From an uncultured Clostridia bacterium (GTDB lineage: Bacteria > Bacillota > Clostridia > TANB77 > CAG-508), in NCBI GenBank assembly GCA_948485625.1, contig CAOMRW010000002.1:4452-68451 (forward strand): a stretch of 64,000 nt of DNA, given 5' to 3'. Shown one piece after another: positions 1 through 10,661 of the stretch. Under the pieces are notes generated by a model. That model was not told the origin of the DNA and searched no databases. It saw only the letters and a list, made by a program, of their open reading frames with translations. Within the stretch, counting starts at the first letter, position 1; each line of letters begins with the position of its first letter. The translations under genes and the position numbers were made by a program.

Positions 1-3000
1 TCTACTGTTCCATCTGTTACAGTTGTTTCATATTCTACACTAAATGACATTTCTGGTGTATAAGAATCCATTTTTGTATTTTTAATATATTCTGAACCAC
101 CATCATATGCTTTATTAATCTCATTTTCTAATGTATTATATTTTATTTTTTCCATTTCAGCATCTATTTTTCTTCTAGTAGTCATATTATCTAAAGCATC
201 TGTTTTTCTAACGTCTATATTATCATCTCTATACCAATATTTATTATTTTGGTCTCTTTTTTCATCATATACAGTACCTTTGTAATATTGAACTTTATAA
301 GTCTTATCTCCCCATGTATATGTAACAATATAATCACCTGGTATGTATCCAACAAATTCAAAGTTTCCTTGCTCATCTGTTGTTGTTGTCATTTCAATTC
401 TTTCTTCATCATAACTACTATCATCTTTTCCAGTTTCACGTAGTCTTACTTCAACTCCAGCAATAGTAGATTCACCATTATCAAATATACCATTACCCAA
501 TCTTTCTTCTCCACTGTATACATTTTCATCTTTTCCAGTTGAGTCTACAAATACTGTTCCTACTAAAGCTCTTTCGTTCTTTAATTCTAATCTTAAAGAT
601 CTTGCTGCATCTGTATCATCCTCATATGTTTCAACTTGACCTGGTACCATATTTCCTGGTACTGAATCATTATCAACTACTGCTAATGTTTTATTTACAT
701 CATTATCTTTAAATGTTGTATAAGAATTAATTTCAGCAACATTATTTAATAAATCTCCGTTATTCAATATTGTTAAAATAGCTGGTCTATCTAATTTAAA
801 TTGTAAATAAATATATTTTGCTTCAGCTGGATTTACCATCATATTAGTATCTATAGTATATTTTGAATATTCTTCATTGTATTCAGTTTTTGAACTAAAT
901 CCTAAATCTCCTGTTATTTCAGATGTTGTATTATCAATATTAGTTCCTGCTTTTATTAATTCATATCTATTATCACAATAATTAACTATATTATTAATTC
1001 TTCCTAAAAATGTGCTTTCATTTTTTAGAGCTATTTTATATGTTACATATACTCTTAACTCATTATCTTTATGATTTGGTGCATCATATTCTGCATCTGC
1101 AGTATATATTGCTCTTTGATATGTACCTGTATTTTTTTGGAATTTTACACCTACATTCCAAGCTGATTCTTCATTTACACTACCGTCTTTATTAAATCTA
1201 ACAGCTCCATATTTATATACATGTGCTTTTCCATTTACTTCTACTTTTACATTATCTATATCTTGAGATAATGCATAATCTGCTTGATTTTTTTCAAATA
1301 GTCCTAGATTTACATATCTTATTTCTTCAGAAGTTGGTTTAAATCCACTATATAAATCATATCCAGCTTCATTTGTTCTAGCAAATACTTCACATCCTGT
1401 ATGGCTATTAATTGTACTAATATAATTCTCTGTATTGTTATAATTTACTTTAACTCCATTTATATCTAAGTTTTGATTACCAGTAGAATCTACGCTTGTA
1501 AATTTATCATCTAATACTTTTCTAGTAGAATCATCTATAGCCTTTGAACCTGTATTTTGTTCTAATTTTTTAGCAACTGATTGATATGTTATTCCACAAT
1601 ATTCAAATTCTACATAATATTCTCCAGCTTGTAATTTATCTAAATCAATATCAACAAATTGATATTCTCCGCCTTCAATTTCACTATATAATCCTAATTC
1701 TGAAGTTGTTGTTCTCATAATTTCATTACCATTTTTATCTTTCAAGTAAACTGGTATTCCATTAAATCCTTTTTCAAAATCAGCATCATATTGGTCATTT
1801 CTGACTGTTGTCTTTCCTTCATTAACATCTAGCCAAACATATCCTGATAACTTAACTTTATTTTGATGGTTAGTTATTTTTATATTTTCATTAATTTTTC
1901 CTACATTATACTCTTTTCCTATATCATATCCATAATATGGATTCTCTACTTCTATGGCTTTCAAAGAATTTTTAAATACTGTCTCTCCAGATATATTTTC
2001 TATTTTTATAGAACCATCCGCTTCTGTATAGAAAGTTTTTGCATTTTCAATATTATCTTCACTCCAACACAAGTCATTTCCTAAATATCTTTCTTCTATT
2101 CTCCATCTAGCCTCTGAATTATCAAATCTATATGTTTTTGCCTTAAACTTAAATCCAACACCTTTTAATGGTACTCTTTCATCTCTATCATCAACTTTTA
2201 CTAATCCTATGTCTGAACTTAAAGGAATATCATAGTCTCCTGAATTTTCACCTTTTGATGGTTTTGATATATCTTCTCCTGGTATAGCAAACATTAGGTT
2301 TTGTCTATCTTTAGCATGGAAGAACCATATTTTAGCTGTATATACTTTTACTTCTTCATCTGTTTCTGATGAGCTTGTATTTAACTTTATTTCATCAATT
2401 TCTTTAACTCCTGCTGTTTTCTTAACATCTACATAAAAAGGTGTTCCACTTAATATTTCAGATGCTTTAACTTCTCTAGCTTCAGTATCCCAATATTGAA
2501 TAAATCTAATATCTGAATCTGAAACTTCTTTTTCAGCACTTTTTACTATTATATTCTTTAAGATTCCTTCAAATTCCCATCTATATGGACCTGTTCTAAA
2601 ATACTCACCAGCATCCATTGTTGTTATATCTTCTTTATTTGTTTTATCTGTAATAACTAGTTCTTTTTGAGATTCATCCCCATCTATTGAAGCTTTATGA
2701 TTTCCAACTTCTGTTGCATATTTCTCTGCTTCAAACTCCATATCATAATAATTTCCTTCTACTTCATCTCTTGTATTTCCACTCCAACTATATCTTCCAT
2801 CTCCAAACAATGTTGTTGTCCAATCATTTACCTTTTTCCACAAAACTTTTTGTCCAACATCAGCAGTTACTCCACCATGTCCTCGACCTTTATTTAAAAT
2901 ATAGGCAATTTGTGCATTCATCTCACTATTAATTATTACTGGTTCTGAATCATTTGCATTATCATATACCTTTGCTTCTCTACCATTTATTTCTACATAA

Positions 3001-3233
3001 TTCCTTATATTAAATGTTGTTGTTTTAAGTTCTTTTCCTCTCTGTGTACAATATAAATTTCTTTTATGATATAAATCGTCAGATGATAAAGTAATAGTTT
3101 TACCAATATCTTCTTTTCCTTGTAATGTATCTAAATCTTTTGCAGAAAGTGCATTTACTATTCCACTAGCTAAAAAGATACTTAACATTAATACTGTTAT
3201 TGCATAAAATATAGCTTTATTTCTTAATTTCAT
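1..3233 (-). CDS. giant secreted surface protein, B-type (partial; C-terminus lies beyond window edge)
   Basis: Uninterrupted minus-strand frame from the window edge up to ATG 3233..3231, preceded by GGAGGG RBS (3240..3245, 6-nt spacer). N-terminal signal peptide MKLRNKAIFYAITVLMLSIFLASG. Repeated SdrD-B/Cna-B-like modules ending in G-x-Y-Y-V-x-F-E-Y (e.g. DLDKLQAGEYYVEFEYCG read from 1591..1650). Paralogous to residues 1383-2951 of the 53461..62316 ORF. Absent from the ORF track only because no stop lies inside the window. Confidence 0.75.
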   Translation of the reverse strand, partial: MKLRNKAIFYAITVLMLSIFLASGIVNALSAKDLDTLQGKEDIGKTITLSSDDLYHKRNLYCTQRGKELKTTTFNIRNYVEINGREAKVYDNANDSEPVIINSEMNAQIAYILNKGRGHGGVTADVGQKVLWKKVNDWTTTLFGDGRYSWSGNTRDEVEGNYYDMEFEAEKYATEVGNHKASIDGDESQKELVITDKTNKEDITTMDAGEYFRTGPYRWEFEGILKNIIVKSAEKEVSDSDIRFIQYWDTEAREVKASEILSGTPFYVDVKKTAGVKEIDEIKLNTSSSETDEEVKVYTAKIWFFHAKDRQNLMFAIPGEDISKPSKGENSGDYDIPLSSDIGLVKVDDRDERVPLKGVGFKFKAKTYRFDNSEARWRIEERYLGNDLCWSEDNIENAKTFYTEADGSIKIENISGETVFKNSLKAIEVENPYYGYDIGKEYNVGKINENIKITNHQNKVKLSGYVWLDVNEGKTTVRNDQYDADFEKGFNGIPVYLKDKNGNEIMRTTTSELGLYSEIEGGEYQFVDIDLDKLQAGEYYVEFEYCGITYQSVAKKLEQNTGSKAIDDSTRKVLDDKFTSVDSTGNQNLDINGVKVNYNNTENYISTINSHTGCEVFARTNEAGYDLYSGFKPTSEEIRYVNLGLFEKNQADYALSQDIDNVKVEVNGKAHVYKYGAVRFNKDGSVNEESAWNVGVKFQKNTGTYQRAIYTADAEYDAPNHKDNELRVYVTYKIALKNESTFLGRINNIVNYCDNRYELIKAGTNIDNTTSEITGDLGFSSKTEYNEEYSKYTIDTNMMVNPAEAKYIYLQFKLDRPAILTILNNGDLLNNVAEINSYTTFKDNDVNKTLAVVDNDSVPGNMVPGQVETYEDDTDAARSLRLELKNERALVGTVFVDSTGKDENVYSGEERLGNGIFDNGESTIAGVEVRLRETGKDDSSYDEERIEMTTTTDEQGNFEFVGYIPGDYIVTYTWGDKTYKVQYYKGTVYDEKRDQNNKYWYRDDNIDVRKTDALDNMTTRRKIDAEMEKIKYNTLENEINKAYDGGSEYIKNTKMDSYTPEMSFSVEYETTVTDGTV

Positions 3234-3249
3234 TCTTTTCCCTCCTTTC

Positions 3250-6200
3250 CTACATTAATCTTTTGTCTATAATTAATTTTTTTATTATAAATCCTGCTAT
3301 TCCAACCATTACAATTGTTGCAACAATTAAAGATACTGTCATAACAACTTGACCTGTTCTTATACTTATAATTAGGTCTGCTGCTCCCATATCGTTTTCA
3401 CCTTTTACCTTATTTCCTTCAGTTGAGTTTACATCAGTTAATCCTAATTCATTATATGAACTTGCTATTTCAGCTGTATTATTAATTAATCCTGTGTTAT
3501 TCTCTTTCATTTCTTTTATTACTGTTAAAGTAACCTCTCTACTTTCACCAGGTGCTATTTTCTCATTTGCAAGGCTTGTACAATATACATCTTTTCCAGA
3601 TTGATACCAGTCTTTATTTAATTCAGAATTAAACTTATAATCACTTGATAAATAATCTGCTATCTTCTTAACATATGCTGCCACATCACCCTTATTTGTT
3701 ACTTTTATTGTATATTCAACTACTATTATCGTAGAGTTAACTTGTTTTGCATCTATTTCTTGTTTTACTAATGTTGCATCTTTGTATGTATTTGTTACTG
3801 TCTTATTATTCTGTACTGTAACTTTACTTATATATTTATCTAATTGTAAATCATAATTTTTAGCAGTTACTAACCCAATATTGATATTTGATATATTATT
3901 ATCATTTATATTTATTATTTGTGTTGCTGCTACTTTACTCTCTTTTCCATCAATCTTTATAGTTTTTGTAATTACATTTGAATTCAAGTCATCAGAAATT
4001 CCTTCTTTTTCAAATATAGTTAATCCATATTTAGTATTATCATATTCAAATATAACTAAGTATTGACCTTTTACTACTTTATCAAAACTATAAAATCCTG
4101 TTGAACTTGTTGTTGTAGATAAAATGTTTCCATTTTTGTCTTTTACAAATTCATTTTTAGATGTATCAAGTAATTTCACTGTCATACCTTCTATTGTTTT
4201 TTCATTAGAATCTCTTTTTCCATCATCATTTTCATCTATCCAAGCAACACCTGAAATTATTTTATACTCTTCAGGTTTTGAAGTATCACCATTATTGCCA
4301 TTGTTTCCATTGTTTTCATTATTCTCATTATCTTCATCTCCAGTTGTTCCATCTCCACCATTATTTAAACCTTCTTCTGGTTGTAAAATATGTGTAATTT
4401 TTGCTTTAGAAATCACTGTAGAAAATATCTGTAATGAAGCCTCATCTATTATTTCAATTGACTTTGTGTTTCCTAATAATAAATTTACAACTACTTCAAT
4501 TTCATATTCAATAGTTTCTCCAACATTTAATGGATTGTGTTTCAATACTAATAATTTCTGATTTTTAGTATCATCAACTTTTAATGAATAGTCTTCTTCT
4601 GATAACTGTGTTCCATTTTTCATTACTTTTACTAATGAAACTTCATTTGAAATCCAGTTTCTTAGAGTTATAGCATTAGCAACTCTTTCCCCATTATTTC
4701 TAATAGTAATATTATATTTTATTCTATCTCCTGCTTTTACATATTTTCCACTATTTTCTGAATCCATATTCATACTTACTTGTAAATCAGACTGTGCTAT
4801 TACATTAACTTCATTTGAATTATATTTTTCATTATTAACTTCACAATTTGCTGTAATATATACTTCTTTTGAAGAAACATCATCAAATATCTCTACTGTT
4901 GTATAAATTACCAATTCAATAGTTTCACCTGGTTGAATTTCTGCTATTGTTATATTATTTGAATTTTTCTCTGTAATAATTCTGTCATTATAATCATAAT
5001 AAATCTCAAAAATATCTATAAAATCATTTGTATCTATTGTAGCTTTAACATTTTTTAATACTCTATCTGAATTGTTCTTAACATTTAAAACATATCTATA
5101 CTCAAATCCACTTTTAACAATATTACTAATAGCATCAATAGAAATCAATTGTAATTCTAATAGTCCATCTTTTACAGTTGTTTTAGTCTCATTTGAATTT
5201 TTAGTAACCTCCCCATATTGTGTTGTAACAGTATTAGCAATATCTTTTCCAGACATTCCTTTATTTACTTTTACTTCATAATATCTTGTTACTTTTTGTC
5301 CTTTTGGCAAATTATCTATATTAAATTCAACTTGTTTCTTATTAACATCTTCAAATTCTAAGTCATCTAAAGCAACTTCATTATTTAAAAAGTCTGTATT
5401 AACATATGTTGTACCATCAGGAACATTTGCTTTAACTTTTACATTTGATATATCTTCTGAACCCACATTAGCCACAACAACTGCATATCTTAATACTTCA
5501 TTTTCTCTTACTTCATTAGTTTCTTTTCTTGCAACCAATGTCTTCAATGTAGTCTCAAGAACTGTTCCTTTTGGAGTTCCCAATCTAATAGCCTTTGTAT
5601 TAACTTGTTCATCTATTGTCACGTTTTTATAGTATACTGTATATCCCTCTTCCGCTGTCTCATTATATTCAAGATTAGATGGTATAGTTATATCATATGA
5701 TATATTAATAGTTTCTAATAAATCTAACTCATCAATAACAACTAAATATTTTTTAACAAGTTTATTATCTTCTATACTATCAGTCCAATTATTATCTTTA
5801 TTAGATAAATCTTCTGTTGCCATTTCATTATTTGAATAATATACTTTTACTCTACTAGCATCTATATCAGATATTTGTAAGTTCCCAACTTCTATATCCA
5901 TATTGTTAACATCCATTGCTTCTTTTGTTGGAAATGCTCCTAATATTTTTACATCTGAAATTTTATTTTCTTTGTTATTTATTATTTCTTTTCTAATTGT
6001 AACACTCTTTGTATCTGTTGCAAGAGCTAACTCTCCTGCAAGTGTTCCTTCATTATTTACAACATCTATTCCATATTCTGAAATTTGATTTGTTGTTACA
6101 ACACCAGCATAAGAAACTATATTTATATCTTTGCTAACTGTTCCTTCATTTGAATTTCCTGTTACATTATTATTCACATATGTTAATTTAATTTGTTCTA

Positions 6201-8139
6201 CACTAGTTGGAATCTTTTTACTTGTCATTAAATTAGCATTTATTATAATTACTGCACCTTCTATAGCTTCTTCTTTATATTTAGTTTGTTCTCCATCTAA
6301 AACCATTTCAATAGTTCTACCATTTAAAACCGCTGATTTTATTACTAACTCATCCTCATAAAGTAATTTGATATAATTAACTTTTATATCTTGTATTTTC
6401 TCAGGCAATTCTAATCTTATAACTGGATTTTTAAATAATTGATTATTCTCTTCTCTAGAATTCAAAACAACTCTAAATTCAACATTATCATTAGATGTCA
6501 TTGCTGATAATTCTGTTCTATTAATTTGTAAATCTACTGATGTCTCTGTTTCTTTTAATTCAATGTTTGATTCAATAGTTCCTAATGAAACTTCATTATT
6601 ATCCTTAACATATGAAACAGCAGATTTCAAATTTATAGAATTTGAATCTTTAACTATATTTCTATCATTATCAATTATTGTCTTTGTATTCTGTATTTCT
6701 AATTTCCCTATTCTTTCAGACTCTACAAATCTAAATACAACAGTTTTTATATTTTCTGGATATGTAACAACTACAAATCCACTTTCATCTGATGCAGTAT
6801 CTTTATTTATTGTTGTTATAATATTTCCTGTTACAGCATCTAAAATATTTAATAATCCTTTTTCACCTAATAAATTATCTATATCAGATTTTTTAATTCT
6901 AGTAGTTCTATAATTTGCATTTAATGTACTTTCACCTATAGTTTGAATCTCTTCTCTAAGATTAATCTCATCTGCAACATTATTCAAATTAACATTTACT
7001 ATATTTTTATAAGTAATATCTCTTGAAATACCTGAATATAAGTTTCCTTTATAAATACTTGCTTCATTCTGATATGTATCTATAGTAACAATAGAGTCCT
7101 TTTCATTTTTATCTAATGTAATTTCATTAGAAGCTTTCATAACTGTATTACCCAAATCATAAAGCTCAATATTTGAACTTATGCTACTCTTTTCATCATT
7201 TATTTCTACATCTTTGTCTAGAACATATGTAATTATAAATTTATCTTCTCCATTTTTTCTCCAAGAAACTTTATTATTTTCATTAACATTTTCTATATTA
7301 ATAGAAATTACACCTGATTCATTATTATAATTCCAATCATTTTTTGATAGCATTTTACCATTTGTCATCAAAACATCATTTGAATTAACTAATACACTTT
7401 CAGGATATTTATCTAAAATTTTAGGAGCTTGAATATTAACTATAGTTTTTTCTATTGGAAACAAATTATCTTTCAATCCAGCTCTAACTTGTAATTGTAT
7501 AACTCTTTTATCTTCACCATTAAAATTAAGAATTTTATTAGTTATAATTTCTTGTGATAATATTATGCCATCATCAACATTATCATATGGACTAACTAAT
7601 CTCAAAGATATATTTCTATTAGAATTTATAGCAATATCTTTTTGTAAACTGTCTCTATAAATACCCTCTATAGAAACATCACTTTCCATATTAATAAAAT
7701 TCAAATCAAATTGCTCCTCTTTTAATAAGTCAATTCCTACTTCTATTTCTTTAGTTTCTCCAGCATTTATTTGATTTAAAACTATAACATTATTCTCTAT
7801 TCTACTTATTGACTCACTTAATACTTCTGGTTTAATTCTAAAATTAGCATTATTTAAAACTATATTTCCATTAAAATATCCCTCTTGTTTTACAGATATT
7901 TGAAAATATACTTTTAGATTACCATTATTTGTATAAGTATCTAACTCTGTAATCTTATTTTCTCTTTCATCCTTAAAATAAGCCATAAATTCTATATTTT
8001 TATGGTTTGTGTTCTTATTTACATTCATTGCATCAGCTGCATAAGATACCACATCAACACATAACAATAAAAAATTTGCCATTGTCAATGTCACAATTAA
8101 TAGCATTGATGTTATAACTTGTAAAATTCTTTGTTTCAT
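3250..8139 (-). CDS. giant secreted surface protein, A-type (1629 aa): DUF11-like repeats, SdrD-B/Cna-B-like module, C-terminal TM anchor
   Basis: Single 4.9-kb ORF with N-terminal signal peptide (MKQRILQVITSMLLIVTLTMANFLLL). SdrD-B-type module SGVAWIDENDDGKRD...GFYSFDKVVKGQYLVIFEYD. C-terminal DUF11-like domain (YDLQLDKYISK...EYTIKVTNKGDVAAYVKKIADYLSSDYKF...APGESREVTLTV). It ends IISIRTG + hydrophobic helix + KKLIIDKRLM, which resembles a sortase-type sorting signal without LPXTG. Confidence 0.8.
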   Translation of the reverse strand: MKQRILQVITSMLLIVTLTMANFLLLCVDVVSYAADAMNVNKNTNHKNIEFMAYFKDERENKITELDTYTNNGNLKVYFQISVKQEGYFNGNIVLNNANFRIKPEVLSESISRIENNVIVLNQINAGETKEIEVGIDLLKEEQFDLNFINMESDVSIEGIYRDSLQKDIAINSNRNISLRLVSPYDNVDDGIILSQEIITNKILNFNGEDKRVIQLQVRAGLKDNLFPIEKTIVNIQAPKILDKYPESVLVNSNDVLMTNGKMLSKNDWNYNNESGVISINIENVNENNKVSWRKNGEDKFIITYVLDKDVEINDEKSSISSNIELYDLGNTVMKASNEITLDKNEKDSIVTIDTYQNEASIYKGNLYSGISRDITYKNIVNVNLNNVADEINLREEIQTIGESTLNANYRTTRIKKSDIDNLLGEKGLLNILDAVTGNIITTINKDTASDESGFVVVTYPENIKTVVFRFVESERIGKLEIQNTKTIIDNDRNIVKDSNSINLKSAVSYVKDNNEVSLGTIESNIELKETETSVDLQINRTELSAMTSNDNVEFRVVLNSREENNQLFKNPVIRLELPEKIQDIKVNYIKLLYEDELVIKSAVLNGRTIEMVLDGEQTKYKEEAIEGAVIIINANLMTSKKIPTSVEQIKLTYVNNNVTGNSNEGTVSKDINIVSYAGVVTTNQISEYGIDVVNNEGTLAGELALATDTKSVTIRKEIINNKENKISDVKILGAFPTKEAMDVNNMDIEVGNLQISDIDASRVKVYYSNNEMATEDLSNKDNNWTDSIEDNKLVKKYLVVIDELDLLETINISYDITIPSNLEYNETAEEGYTVYYKNVTIDEQVNTKAIRLGTPKGTVLETTLKTLVARKETNEVRENEVLRYAVVVANVGSEDISNVKVKANVPDGTTYVNTDFLNNEVALDDLEFEDVNKKQVEFNIDNLPKGQKVTRYYEVKVNKGMSGKDIANTVTTQYGEVTKNSNETKTTVKDGLLELQLISIDAISNIVKSGFEYRYVLNVKNNSDRVLKNVKATIDTNDFIDIFEIYYDYNDRIITEKNSNNITIAEIQPGETIELVIYTTVEIFDDVSSKEVYITANCEVNNEKYNSNEVNVIAQSDLQVSMNMDSENSGKYVKAGDRIKYNITIRNNGERVANAITLRNWISNEVSLVKVMKNGTQLSEEDYSLKVDDTKNQKLLVLKHNPLNVGETIEYEIEVVVNLLLGNTKSIEIIDEASLQIFSTVISKAKITHILQPEEGLNNGGDGTTGDEDNENNENNGNNGNNGDTSKPEEYKIISGVAWIDENDDGKRDSNEKTIEGMTVKLLDTSKNEFVKDKNGNILSTTTSSTGFYSFDKVVKGQYLVIFEYDNTKYGLTIFEKEGISDDLNSNVITKTIKIDGKESKVAATQIININDNNISNINIGLVTAKNYDLQLDKYISKVTVQNNKTVTNTYKDATLVKQEIDAKQVNSTIIVVEYTIKVTNKGDVAAYVKKIADYLSSDYKFNSELNKDWYQSGKDVYCTSLANEKIAPGESREVTLTVIKEMKENNTGLINNTAEIASSYNELGLTDVNSTEGNKVKGENDMGAADLIISIRTGQVVMTVSLIVATIVMVGIAGFIIKKLIIDKRLM

Positions 8140-8592
8140 AATATTACCTCCTAAAATGGTTACTTTTCTTCTTATATAGAATATAAATAATAAATAAAAA
8201 TGTCAATAACATTAATTTACTGATATTTAAAGCCTTTACGGATGCTCATAAAAAATAATTATATCAATTTTATTAAATTTATATTACATTTTCATTTCAT
8301 AATTCATTTTACATAATCACCTATAATAAATTATACACTAAATACAGTCATTTTTCAATGATTTTTTACATCTTTATAGAAATTTCTTCACATTATTTTA
8401 TAAAAATCCGTAAACCAATCAAAAAGCTTCCTACATTTTAAAAAATCAAAAGATAAAAACAACTATTTTCGACAAAAAATGTCAAAAATAGTTGTCTTAC
8501 CATATAATATTTTAATTAATCAAATACTCAATAAAAAATTTTTATATTTTTAAATTACAAACTTAATTTGAAATCTCAAAGCAATTCATCTA

Positions 8593-9903
8593 CTAGTAAA
8601 GTGTGGCACGTGGACTAATGCTAATGTAGCTGTGAGAAGTAGTGGTGATGCCACGACAAGAAGCTGAATAGTCGGAACCATTAAGGTAGTAAACACCTCC
8701 CCTGTAAGCACAAGGATTAATGCTATCAAACATCCATCGCTCTAGTGTCCATTCAAATTCATTACCAGCCAAATCATAAATATTCATCTTATTAGTCTGC
8801 TCTGATGATCCTGTTGTTAATAATTGATAATAACTTGTATTACTTGAGGTTTGACTTGATGTTACATAGTTTTCTGTATCTTCATTAAATGGTTTCCATA
8901 TACTTGTTGGACTCTCTGGGTATACATTATACTTCCCTCTACTTAGTGTTAAACTACTATCAGTATAATTCCCCCATTCTTTACAATCTCCTTTTGTTAT
9001 TGCACTTCCTGCCTTTTCATCTATAAATTTACATGTTAAGTCCCATTGTATTCCAAATAATAAACTTGTTGTTTTATTTGTATCTGGTTTCATTCTATCT
9101 GCTAGTGTTTGAGCTTGACTACATGTTACATAATTATATGGTATTTGGTCTATTCGACTTACTGCCTCTCCTGTTATTCCACTTGACGCTGTTCTTGTTT
9201 TATTACTAGCTGTTGCAGTAGCATCACCTATTTCATATCTACTTATCCAAAATCCTCCATTTGAAAATACACTACTTAACATTTTTTCATAATTTTCTTT
9301 ATATTCATAATATGTTAATCCACATCCATTATTCAATTTCTTTTGCTCTTCTGTTAAATTTGTAGTTCTTTCATTTACTAATATCTCTCCATCTAAGGCA
9401 TGCCATTCATCTGCGAAACTACTAGTTCTATAATTTGTTGGAGTTGTTACATAATTTATTAAATCTGCTTTTATTGTATCATATTGCTTTGATTCTGTTG
9501 CAGTAAATATAGTCTTAGGCACTTCCACCCATGTCCATTCATTATCTTTACTATCTTTTATTACTATTCCTTTATTTGCATCTCCCTCTACAACTTCTTT
9601 TGTTCCATCTGGCATTGCACTTACTGGGTCTGTTATAGATGTATCTACATTTTTTATTTCTTCTCCTAAATTACTTCCTCCACTTAAATTATTTCCTAAA
9701 AATCCATTTATTGTATCTTCATATTCTTTTAATGTAGTATTTTCTCCTTCTTGAGCTTCTACTGATTTATTTTTTGCCTCTCCTGCTTTCTCAAATAATC
9801 CACTTCCTGTTAGACTTGCTATTGATATTCCTGCCAATATTAAAAGAATTATTATTGTTATTACTAGAGCAATTAGTGTTATTCCTTTGTTTTGTTCTTT
9901 CAT
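8593..9903 (-). CDS. membrane-anchored extracellular protein: pilin-like N-terminal signal anchor + FGE-sulfatase (SUMF1-like) domain
   Basis: N-terminus MKEQNKGITLIALVITIIILLILAGISIASLTGSG is a class-III/prepilin-like signal lacking Glu+5. C-terminal motifs GGFWISRYEI, IYDLAGNEFEWTLE and CAYRGGVYY match FGE-sulfatase family hallmarks (GFYMxKYEVT, DMSGNVWEWT, RGGSW). First gene of the cluster that continues with A1 and B1. Confidence 0.7.
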   Translation of the reverse strand: MKEQNKGITLIALVITIIILLILAGISIASLTGSGLFEKAGEAKNKSVEAQEGENTTLKEYEDTINGFLGNNLSGGSNLGEEIKNVDTSITDPVSAMPDGTKEVVEGDANKGIVIKDSKDNEWTWVEVPKTIFTATESKQYDTIKADLINYVTTPTNYRTSSFADEWHALDGEILVNERTTNLTEEQKKLNNGCGLTYYEYKENYEKMLSSVFSNGGFWISRYEIGDATATASNKTRTASSGITGEAVSRIDQIPYNYVTCSQAQTLADRMKPDTNKTTSLLFGIQWDLTCKFIDEKAGSAITKGDCKEWGNYTDSSLTLSRGKYNVYPESPTSIWKPFNEDTENYVTSSQTSSNTSYYQLLTTGSSEQTNKMNIYDLAGNEFEWTLERWMFDSINPCAYRGGVYYLNGSDYSASCRGITTTSHSYISISPRATLY

Positions 9904-10206
9904 ATTTTTATTATTTCCTCCTTTGTTTTTATATCCTCTTCTTTATTTAACATTATATTTTTTATTTATTTTTTACACAATAAAATAACAAATTTTAATT
10001 GTAAATAATTTTACATAAATTCTACTATCAAAACAATTCATCTCATATCCACAATACATAGAGTAGTAAAATTATAAATATATAATTTTTACAACTTATA
10101 TATATCACCAACCACTGTAACAAAATTCCCACAAAAACATATAATAAAATAATATATTCTACATATATCAAAACAAAAATAATATATTATACTAGAGGTG
10201 ATAAAA

Positions 10207-10656
10207 ATGAACAATATAAATATTGACGAAAACACAATGAACAACATCAAAAACATGGTTGATAATGGAAACATATCAGAAGCACTCTCAAACATATCTC
10301 CAGAAATGATACAAAACTTTACACAAATGCTATCAAATCAGCAAAATCAACCAAACCAAGCAAACAACAATTCTCAAGGAGAAACAACAACAAATAACTT
10401 CAATCAATCAAACGCAAACTCCACACCAAGCAACAATAACTTTGACTTTAGTAACATAGACATGAACACAATCATGAAAATGTCTTCTGTCCTAGGAAAA
10501 ATGAACACAACAAAAGACGACCCAAGAGCCAATCTACTAAACTCTCTAAAACCATATTTAAGAGATGGCAAAAAAGGAAAATTAGACAACTACATGAACT
10601 TATTAAACGTTGCAAAAATAGCAGACATAATGAAAGATAATAATAAAGGAGAATAA
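10207..10656 (+). CDS. hypothetical Asn/Gln-rich low-complexity protein
   Basis: ATG 10207 with RBS AGAGGTG 10194..10200 (track start 10198 is GTG). N/Q-rich composition. Stop overlaps the RBS of the next ORF (operon). Confidence 0.45.
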   Translation: MNNINIDENTMNNIKNMVDNGNISEALSNISPEMIQNFTQMLSNQQNQPNQANNNSQGETTTNNFNQSNANSTPSNNNFDFSNIDMNTIMKMSSVLGKMNTTKDDPRANLLNSLKPYLRDGKKGKLDNYMNLLNVAKIADIMKDNNKGE

Positions 10657-10661
10657 AAACA

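Noticed and set aside
3881-6913. Several 60-145-aa plus-strand ORFs inside the A1 giant gene (3881..4066, 4124..4561, 5072..5281, 5903..6088, 6131..6361, 6563..6913)
   Set aside because: They are antisense to a continuous 1629-aa ORF and are Ser/Phe/Leu/Ile-rich, with no RBS. This is typical reverse-frame noise in AT-rich coding DNA.
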